Source: the human T2T-CHM13v2.0 reference genome, Homo sapiens
NCBI RefSeq assembly: GCF_009914755.1
Contig: NC_060931.1
Direction: 5' to 3' (one strand)
DNA: 64,000 bases
Part shown: positions 32,594 to 44,916 of the stretch, piece after piece
How the letters are laid out: each line of letters begins with the position of its first letter
How positions within the stretch are numbered: position 1 is the stretch's first letter
Position numbers and translations under genes: made by a program
Notes under the pieces: generated by a model
Databases searched by the model: none
Told to the model about the DNA's origin: nothing
Seen by the model: the letters and a program-made list of their open reading frames with translations, nothing else

Positions 32594-33193
32594 TGAGTTA
32601 CTCCTGGAATAGCGCAGTTACTGCCGTGACATGGTGGCCTTTTGTTTCCAGACTTTGCTGTTCACATTAGCCCATAGGGTTTCATGAAGGCAGAAGTGTC
32701 ACCTGTCCTTGAGAGAGTTGCACCAGGTCAGCGCTATGGCTTCCTGGAATAAATTTGGGGTCTGTGAACACTTTTTTGGAACCACTTGTGGCTAAAGTCA
32801 CTTCACTTAACTCGGAACAAAGAGCTTGGAGAAGGCTCCTAGCACTGGGGCCTGTGATGGAATTGGGGAGGCTGAGAGTGGGTCTGGGGAGCCTCCTTTT
32901 CAGTATGCCCAGACTATGGCTGCTCTTAATGTGAAACTCCTTCCAGGACCATGGCCAGACCCATGGGAAGCTGCTCAGGCTGCCCTGGGAGGCCAGCTGG
33001 CAGTGGTGGAGCAGTGGCAGATGGGGAAGAATGGAAGGTACCCCAGAGCTGTCTCTTCCTGCATGGCCCACACAGCATTTTCAGGAGTCTGTTAGTCCAT
33101 TGAAAACACTTCATCAGCAAGCTCACTTGAGTTAAGTCTTCAAAAACATCATCTGTTTTTCAGATGTATTACTTATTGAGGATTAATGGGTTA

Positions 33194-33412
<219 letters not shown>

Positions 33413-34089
33413 TTACGGAGATAAGTCCCAGCCCTCTGCCCTTTCCCCAGTAACTCGCACATCTCAGTGAAGAGAGTAAATGGTGGAGAAGCCTGTGCTG
33501 GTGTGAGGGCTGCTCCTCAGTGCCTCCTTCTTCCCTTTCTTGCTGCTGGTGCCAGAGCCCTTTGTGGGCACTACACGCCTTGTGTTGGCCCAGCAGCTGC
33601 AGAGAGACAGCTGCTGAGCTCTCAGGCATCCTCTCTATCTCATTTAGTCCTCGGTGGCCCAGCGAGATAGGTGCAATCTTCATCCCCATTTTAGAGATGG
33701 GGAAGTGGAGGCTTAGAAGTCAACAGCTTATCCAGAGGAATGTACCATATGAGTAGCAGATGATTTATCGAGCTGTAATTAAACATTCAGTTTTAGTGCG
33801 ACTGGTTTGGCCCTTGTGCTTTAAAATTCCCAAAGGGCCTTTTTTTCTTTAATAATTTTTTTTTTACTGAGAAGTACACAAGTCATACATGTACAGTTGA
33901 ATGAATTTTCATAAAGTAAACACATCATGTAACACCACTACTGGGGGTTGCTGAAGTGGGCTTCTTCCCCTGCCAGCCTTTCCCAAGACCTCCCCGTGGG
34001 ATCCACACACAGATGTGCACACGTTACGCACATGCATGCATTCTCTGCTTATTTCTGCCTTGGAGTTTTGCTTGCTGTGTTCTCTCTAC

Positions 34090-34535
34090 TACAGCTATGC
34101 CAAAACATAGCAGCATAAACAGCAGAAATATATTCTCTTATAATTCTATACGTTAAGAGTCCATTGTGGGTCCCACTGGGCTAAAGTTGAGGTGTCCACA
34201 GGGCTGGTTCCTTCTGGAGGCTCCAGAGAAGAAGCCATTTCCTTGTCTTTCCAGCTCCTAAAGGCGGCTGCATGCCTTGGCTCATGGCCCTTCCTCTGTC
34301 TTCACAGCCAGCCACGTGACCTCTTCCACAGTCACATCTTCCTTTGACTGTCAGCTTCCTCTGCATTTCAGGACTCTTGCAATCACATTGAGCCCACCCA
34401 AATTCTCCAGGGTCATCTCCCTATTTCAAGGTCAGCTGATTAGCATCCTTTACTCCCCTTTGAAATTGGTAACATATTCACCAATTCCAGGGATTAGGAT
34501 GTGGACGTCTTTGGGGGGTCATTATTCTGCCCTCC
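34090..34535 (-). mobile_element. MLT1-family MaLR LTR
   Basis: cagggctggttccttctggaggctc...ccttggctcatggccc...gggattaggatgtggacgtctttggggg. Confidence 0.75.
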
Positions 34536-35283
34536 ATACTTACCTTGTTCCTAGTGCCAGAAATGTCCCTTTTATCTCTCAGCCTCTCCCTCTGCTTCAT
34601 TTAAAATCTTACCCTCTCTGCAACACTCACCTGCCTCGCTCACAAAGCTTTCACTCACTGTCTGTGCTGGTGTGAAATGTGCCTTCCTCAGGTTTGAAAT
34701 AGCAAATTACAGTCTGTGTCACACGGACCTAATGTCATTTGTTGAATGTAGCTGCTCAGTGCCAGACCCTTTGCTGGTCTGAGGGTCTTGGGAATCCTGT
34801 GGCTTCACTGGGTTCAGATGGGGAGTCAGACTGCCCGGCTCTGACTGTGGTTTCTGCTGTGTGACCTGGGCCAAGTTGTGTAACTCTCTGACTTACTTCC
34901 TCATCTACAAGTGAAGACAGGGGTGATATATGCCTGGGTTAAAGGAGACAAAGCCCCAGTAACCCTGCCTGGCACATGAGTGATACCTCAAAGACAGCTT
35001 TTGCTGGCTCTGGCCATGGGTGAATGTGGACTTCAGCCCAGCGTGCAGCAGGATTTGCATTTGCCAGGATCCCCAGGAGGGGTGTATGTGGGCTCAAGTC
35101 TGGGAAGCCCTGCCCTGAGGCACACAGCACATTCCAGAGTGCGGGCAGCTTGATGAAGGACAGCAGGGTCCCTGAAGACCAGGGCTGCCGCTGTCTCCTG
35201 TAAATACAGCAGTGGGCTGGACTCAAAATGCCTCCCCACTATGTCCCTGAAAGTCATCTTAGTTTTCTGCATCTTCCTTACAG

Positions 35284-35341
35284 ATGACTCTTCTACAAAA
35301 GTGGACATTAAGGAGACCTACGAGGTGGAAGCCAGCACTTT
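35284..35341 (+). CDS. CCM2: CCM2 exon 7
   Basis: ttacag|, 58 nt (D)DSSTKVDIKETYEVEAST(F), |gtgagt; keeps frame between exons 6 and 8. Confidence 0.96.
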
Positions 35342-35850
35342 GTGAGTGCACATGCCACCAAGCCCTGCGGTGGGACACGCACCAAATGCGTTGTCTGGTG
35401 TTGTCCAGGCTGCAGCCAGTCAGCTCCCCCATCTCAGCTCACCCTCGCTAAGCCATCCCCAGACCCACTGTACCCAGCTTAGTGAATGGCTGAGGCCTGG
35501 CTCGCCGCCCTCTCCTCGTAGACTTCTAGAGCCCTTGCTGTCCCTCTTGTCTCTCCCTGCCTACCTTCCCATGGCCTCCCAAGAGTGAGCTTGTAATAGG
35601 CATGTTGGATGGAGCTGTTCCCCTGCCCGAGCCTGCCGAGGCGCTGGCCTTCCAGCCCATCTCTGCCACCGCCTGGGGCTCTGTAGTAGTTCACCCACTC
35701 GCGCTCTCCATTCCTGCCACCTCCCCAACCCCGGCTCCTTCCCCTGCCCAACAATGCTGCCCACTGCCTTGACCTGTGTACTCCCTCTCTTCACTCAGAG
35801 CCCAACTCAGAGCCATGCCCCCGGGGAGCCCCAGGACCAGGCCAAGCTGA

Positions 35851-36234
<384 letters not shown>

Positions 36235-36749
36235 TGAGTGAGGTCACTTAGAGCACTCTTGGTCAATTTTGCTGACATCACTGCCTTTTCCTGGGGATAG
36301 TCTAGGAGAGCATCAGTCAGTGGGGCTGAGTTGGGAGTGCTGTGGCCGTCAGGGCTGGACTGTGGGCCTGTGCTTGGGTCCTGGGGGAGGGGAGGGAACG
36401 GTGGCCCCTGCAAGGCCACATGGCCAGACATTTTTATCCTCCCCATCTTATATAGTTCTGTCATTGCAAACTCAAGTCTTCCTGATTTGCCTGTGTGCCT
36501 GTGTGTAGCCTAAGGGCACAGGCATTGGCCCCGGGCCAGGTTGCCAACTTCCACCCTGCCCTGCTGGCTCCTGTCCCTCCCATGCACTCTGTGTTCCAGC
36601 TCAGGAGAGTGGAGCTGCCCGGGTGCCTTGGTCTCCTCTGGGTGGCCCCGTGCCAGGTCTGGTAGGATGGGGACACATTGTGGTCATTCTGATGCCCCAG
36701 CCTGTGCAGAGGTGAAGCCAGAGACAGCTGGTGCTCTGGCTGGGGTTAG

Positions 36750-37106
<357 letters not shown>

Positions 37107-38021
37107 TGAGAGCAGAGTCCAGAGATCGGGGAATCTGCTGTGATTAGTCAGAAGGGCTTTTCCCAGGTACTGTTGGGGGCCCGCCGACAGGCCTTCATTC
37201 TCCTGGGAACTCAAGCTGAGCTGGGTGGGCCCTGCCAGGAAGTAGCAGAGATCCCCCAGGAGCAGGGCTGGGAGTGAACACAACCCTGAGATTTAGGAAA
37301 ACAGTGCTGGAGGAGCCAGAGAGGCATGGGTTTTGGTGAATGTGTAGGACTTCAAGGCGGAAGGACCAGCGTTTGCCAAGACCCCTAAAATGCTCGGCAC
37401 ATTAGGTCAGTGCGGCTAGAGGGCTGTGTGGTCTGAGCAGCAGAGTTGGATGTTGGCCCCACACCTCTCAGGGGCGGTGACTTAGCTGTGGTTTCCCTCT
37501 GCCGACACTTAGAACACAGCAAGTTTGCGGTAATGTGTTGCTAGTAGCCAGTTGAAGGCTTCTGGGTCCTGGCCTGTTTTCCCTGCAAACCAAGGAAGGT
37601 GGGTTTGTTAACCATCGTACCGACCTGGCAGTGGCAAACGTGGATTGCCTGCCCAGGGCTCCCCGCTCTTAGGAGCGTGAAGGGCTGGAGGCTGGGGCAG
37701 CCTGTCTGTACAATAGGTTCTGTCTAAGCAGTGCCTGCCCCTTCTGTGCTGGGCCCTGCGTTGCCTCCTGGCATGGGACTCTGTCTGCCCCTCCACATCG
37801 GGGAGTAGAGATTCTGAGAGACACACTAGGCTTCCCAAATAAGAGGGCAGCCCTCTGAGTTGGGACAGTCACCTAGGTCATGGCAGGGAAACTGGACTTT
37901 GGCATGAGGCCTGCCTCTGAAGACTGCACCCTTGTTGCCGGGTGCCAGCAGGTGGCTTTGAGCACTGCTCTGGGCCTCAGCTTTCCCCACTGTAAAATGG
38001 GGACTTTGTGAGGACTAATAG

Positions 38022-38615
<594 letters not shown>

Positions 38616-39030
38616 TGGACAGTGGATGGGGGGGCACCCACACCTTCCGCGCAGTCGTCATAGGCCTTCCCAGAAGGAGCTGCCCAGACCTGCGTGTCAG
38701 CCCTTGGTGGTGGCCAGGGAGAGGCGCCCGGTGCAGATGGCCCCGGGCGGCCCAGGTCCTCTACTGTGAAGGAGCAGGGAGCTGCCGAGGGACACGAGCC
38801 TCAGTGCGGGGTGGAAGGCTCTTTGCCTTGTCCACCAGGGCTCAGCCAAGCCCTGCAGTGTGTCCCCGCTCGGGGAGGGCCCGGCCGAGCGGGCAGGGAG
38901 AGCCAGTCCTGTCGGCTGGGCCCTTGGACGGCTGTCAGTTTTGCACATGATGTTCCTATTGTAACTCTCAGAGACCTTAAAAAGAAGTTTACTGCAATGT
39001 GAATAATTTAATCTCTGGTTGCCAAGCATG
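38616..39030 (+). other. CCM2: CCM2 3' UTR (3' end approximate)
   Basis: GC-rich sequence after the stop, ending in an AU-rich block (38960-39012) with TGTA and AATAAT but no AATAAA. Confidence 0.6.
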
Positions 39031-39921
39031 TTTCTGATCCAGTTGGGTGAAAGCCATCGGTGCCAGGAGGGGTGTCCGCTCTAGCCTCTGTCCCCGGGTC
39101 CCCGTCTGCCCTGCAGCACCTGGGACTCGGCAGTGGTCCCTGGGGGCTGGGGTGGAGGAGGCAACAGGCTCTTGTGCCACAGGAAGGACTTGATTTGGAC
39201 TTGAGCAGTGTGGATGTGGGGCAGGAGCGGGTGTTCTGAGGCCTTTCGTGGGCAGCGTGTGTGAGGGTAGCGTGTGTGGCATGTGTTGGGGGCACCTTGA
39301 TCTTTACATCCTGTGCACTGAATCCTTCAAGGTCACTGGCTGTGCCCCGCACCCCCCCTCCCCCCAACCCCATGCTGCAGGTTTTTTCCTCAAGCAGCCT
39401 GCACTACCCCGTGGAACAGAAATGCTATCTGAGATCTCGTCACCTTGGAGCCTGGGGGCTGGGTCTTCAGAGGCCAGTGTGCAACTCTGCCGACCCTCCC
39501 TGTGCCGTCATTGTGGGCCTGTCTCCATCCTTGTCCCGTGAGCTCTTCTCCCCAAACCCTGTTGGCCTTGGTCTTGCCTATACCCTTTGGGCCCTTACAA
39601 AGCTTCCTTGGATATGGGAAGGGGAGAAGAGGTGACCTGGGTCAGGTTGTCCGGAGCCTCTCCCTCCACCGGAGAGCAGCCACAACCCTGCGGAGACCCC
39701 CAAGGGGACAGACATCTAGGAAGGAGACTGGCTGTCACATCTCCCTCCTGCCCAGGCTGGGGGCCTAGCCTTGCTGGATGGAGGGGCTGCATGTCAGGCC
39801 CCAGGGATTCTCTGGCCCACGCTTGGGGAAGCAGGGAGAGCCTGTGGGGCTCCATGGACACCCTGATTGTGTCCAGGCCAAGCCAGAGGATCTGGAGTAT
39901 CTCAGGCACCTTCCTGAATAA

Positions 39922-40282
<361 letters not shown>

Positions 40283-40674
40283 CGGTCAGTGTTTTATGGG
40301 CGAGTTTTTCCACTGTACTGGGCTGTTGTAGAGCTGCTTACTCATGGGACCCCAGGCCAGGGCAGGCAGCAGGCTCTTTACTGTTGACACTGTCTCTTAA
40401 GTTTACATGAAAATGGACATGCCCTGGAAGCATCAGGAGAGGCTGAGGACAAACCACACAGTCTCCTGGGCTCTTGCCCCCTACCAGAGCCCACCCTATG
40501 CCAGAAGGTTCAGTGTCCCCCTTCCATCCCTCTGGTTGAACATGGCCTTGCATGGGCCTTCTGTGTGGAGTGTCAAAGGAACCACATGCTTGCCCCTCCA
40601 GGGTCCATCCCAGGTGTGGCCCCCGTGCTGCAGTCGCTGGTCTTTGCTAGCAGAAAGAGTAGAGGACATGGAGC

Positions 40675-43257
40675 AGATGAAGGGACACCAGAGGGTAATG
40701 AGGGGACACCAGAGAGTAATGAAGGGACATCAGAGGGTGGTGACAGGACACCAGAGGGCAGTGAGGGGACACCAGGGAGTAATGGGACATCAGGGAGTGA
40801 TGGGACATCAGAAGGTGATGAGGGGACACCAGAGGGTGGTGAGGGGACACCAGAGAGTAGTGAGGGGACACCAGAGAGTAATGAGGGGACACTAGAAGGT
40901 GAGGGGACACCAGAGGGCGGTGAAGGGACACCAGAGAGTAATGAGGGGCACGAGAGGGTGGTGAGGGGACATCAGAGGGTGATGGGACACCAGAGGGCGA
41001 TGAGGGGACACCGGAGAGTATTGAGGGGACACCAGAGGGCAGTGAAGGGACGCCAGAGAGTACTGAGGGGACACCAGAGGGTGGTGAGGGGACACCAGAG
41101 AGTAATGGGGACACCAGAAGGTGAGGGGACGCCAGAGGGCAGTGAAGGGACACCGGAGAGTATTGGGACACCAGAGGGCAGTGAGGGGACACCAGAGGGC
41201 GATGAGGGGACACCAGAGAGTAATGAGGGGACATCAGAGAGTAATGAGGGGACATCAAGGCGGTGAGGGGACACCAGAGAGTAATGGGACATCAGAAGGC
41301 GGTGAGGGGACATCAGTAATGAGGGGACGTCAGAAGGCGGTGAGGGGACACCAGAGAGTAATGGGACATCAGAAAGCGGTGAGGGGACACCAGAGAGTAA
41401 TGGGACATCAGAAGGTGGTGAGGGGACATCAGAAGGCGGTGAGGGGACACCAGAGAGTAATGAGGGGATATCAGAAGGCGGTGAGGGGACATCAGAAGGC
41501 GGTGAGGGGACATCAGAGAGTAATGAGGGGACATCAGAAGGCGGTGAGGGGACACCAGAGAGTAATGAGGGGACATCAGAAGGCAGTGAGGGGACATCAG
41601 AGAGTAATGAGGGGACATCAGAAGGTGGTGAGATATCAGAAGGCGGTGAGGGGACACCAGAGAGTAATGAGGGGACATCAGAAGGCGGTGAGGGGACACC
41701 AGAGAGTGAGGGGACATCAGAAGGCAGTGAGGGGACATCAGAAGGCGGTGAGGGGACATCAGAAGGCGGTGAGGGGACATCAGAGAGTAATGGGACATCA
41801 GAAGGCGGTGAGGGGACATCAGAGAGTAATGGGACATCAGAAGGTGGTGAGGGGACATCAGAAGGCGGTGAGGGGACACCAGAGAGTAATGAGGGGACAT
41901 CAGAAGGTGATGAGGGGACATCAGAAGGCGGTGAGGGGACACCAGAGAGTAATGAGGGGACATCAGAGAGTAATGAGGGGACATCAGAAGGCGGTGAGGA
42001 GACATCAGAAGGCAGTGAGGGGACACCAGAGAGTAATGAGGGGACATCAGAAGGTGGTGAGGGGACACCAGAGAGTAATGGGGACATCAGAAGGCGGTGA
42101 GGGGACACCAGAGAGTAATGAGGAGACATCAGAAGGTGGTGAGGGGACATCAGAAGGCGGTGAGGGGACACCAGAGAGTAATGAGGGGACATCAGAAGGT
42201 GGTGAGGGGACATCAGAAGGCAGTGAGGGGACACCAGAGAGTAATGAGGGGACATCAGAGAGTAATGAGGGGACATCAGAAGGCGGTGAGGAGACATCAG
42301 AAGGCAGTGAGGGGACACCAGAGAGTAATGAGGGGACATCAGAAGGTGGTGAGGGGACACCAGAGAGTAATGGGGACATCAGAAGGCGGTGAGGGGACAC
42401 CAGAGAGTAATGAGGAGACATCAGAAGGCGGTGAGGGGACATCGGAGAGTAATGAGGGGACATCAGAAGGCGGTGAGGGGACACCAGAGAGTAATGAGGG
42501 GACATCAGAAGGCGGTGAGGGGACATCAGAAGGTGGTGAGGGGACACCAGAGAGTAATGAGGGGACATCAGAAGGCGGTGAGGGGACATCAGTAATGAGG
42601 GGCATCAGAAGGTGAGGGGACATCAGAAGGCGGTGAGGGGACACCAGAGAGTATTGAGACACCAGAGGGTGGTGAGGGGACACCAGAGAGTATTGCGGGG
42701 ACACCAGAGGGCAGTGAGGGGACACCAGAGAGTAATGAGGGGACACCAGAGAGTATTGGGACATCAGAGAGTATTGGGACACCAGAGAGCAGGGGACACC
42801 AGAGGGTGGTGAAGGTACACCGGGGAGTATTGAGGGGACACCAGAGGGCGGTGAGGGGACACCAGAGAGTAATGAGGGGACACCAAAGGGCAGTGAGGGG
42901 ACACTGGTGAGTATTGAGGTGACACCAGAGAGTAATGAGGGGACATCAGAGGGTGGTGAGGGGACACCAGAGGGAAGTGAGGGGACACAGGGTGATGAAG
43001 GGACACAAGAGGGTGATGAGGGGACACCAGAGGGAAGTGAGGGGACACGAGGGTGATGAAGGGACACCAGAGGGTGATGAGGGGGCACCAGAGGGCAGTG
43101 AGGGGACACCACAGAGTAATGAGTGGACACCACAGGGCAGTAAGGGGACACCAGAGGGTGGTGAAGGGACACCAGAGGGAAGTGAAGGGATGCCAGATGG
43201 TGATGATGGGACTCCAGAGGGCGAGGAGGAGACACCAGAGGGCAATGAAGGGACACC
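40675..43257. repeat. Minisatellite/VNTR, 21-bp unit with 18/19-bp variants, roughly 120-125 units
   Basis: units GAGGGGACACCAGAGAGTAAT and GAGGGGACATCAGAAGGCGGT read directly from the sequence. Confidence 0.97.
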
Positions 43258-43259
43258 GA

Positions 43260-43265
43260 TTTATT
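43260..43265 (-). terminator. NACAD: NACAD poly(A) signal AATAAA
   Basis: tttatt on + strand, 52 nt past the stop codon. Confidence 0.85.
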
Positions 43266-43317
43266 GAGTAGCAGAGCTGAGGGAAGGCGTAGGATGGCTC
43301 CAGCTTCCGGTCAGTGG

Positions 43318-44216
<899 letters not shown>

Positions 44217-44409
44217 TCAGTCTATAAGGGCCTTCTCATGACATTCCAGCCTCAGCTGTTTAGGGGAAGGTGTGTGGGTTACTGGCATGGACCCAAAGGT
44301 CCCCTGATGGATGGGATTTCATTAGCCATGGAGTGTGAGGGTCTTGGTAAGGACGTTCCCCACACAGATGGTCCCAGGCCTGAGGTCCCAGAGGGAGCCA
44401 CCAGCCCAC

Positions 44410-44481
44410 CTTTCGGGCCTTCTTCTCACTGCGACTCTGCTTGGCTTTGGCGATGGTCTCCTCACTGCCGCCTGCTGGGGC
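44410..44481 (-). CDS. NACAD: NACAD exon 4
   Basis: tctcag|, 72 nt APAGGSEETIAKAKQSRSEKKARK, |gtgggc; alpha-NAC signature KAKQSRSEKKARK. Confidence 0.96.
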
Positions 44482-44563
44482 CTGAGAAAAGGTGAGGGCT
44501 GAGCATCCATGGGTGGGGTGTGGGGCCCTCCCAGAGGCCCACCCTCTTCCCTGGACTGGGCAC

Positions 44564-44676
44564 CTGGGCTGGACACTGCACGGTCTGAGGAGCCAAGATG
44601 TCCTGCTCGTCCAGCTCGGCTGATGACTCCCCGTGGCTATCCGAATGCTGGCCCGAGCCCAGGGCCCGAGGCGAGT
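44564..44676 (-). CDS. NACAD: NACAD exon 3
   Basis: ccccag|, 113 nt (D)SPRALGSGQHSDSHGESSAELDEQDILAPQTVQCPAQ, |gtgccc. Confidence 0.92.
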
Positions 44677-44916
44677 CTGGGGAAGGGGAGAGGTGTGAGG
44701 ATGGCCTTTTGCTTCTAGGTGGCGGGGAAGGGGGTTCAGGACCCTGGCCCTGCTGCCACATCAGGGCCAGAGGAAGCAGTGCCAGCTCTCCATGGTGGCT
44801 GTGGGGTCTGGGCCCCCCACCTCGCCACCTCAGAGGCCCTCCAGCTCAGGACAGCTCTAAGGAGGAGTCCAGTTGACCCAAGCCCCAGGGCACTTCACTC
44901 CCACCCTCTGCCTTAC

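Noticed and set aside
39110-39130. RE1/REST-like CAGCACCTGGGAC
   Set aside because: Right half-site mismatched (GGACTC versus GGACAG); too weak to call.
40675-43257. CRISPR-like appearance of the regular array
   Set aside because: No unique spacers and no cas genes; it is a eukaryotic tandem minisatellite.
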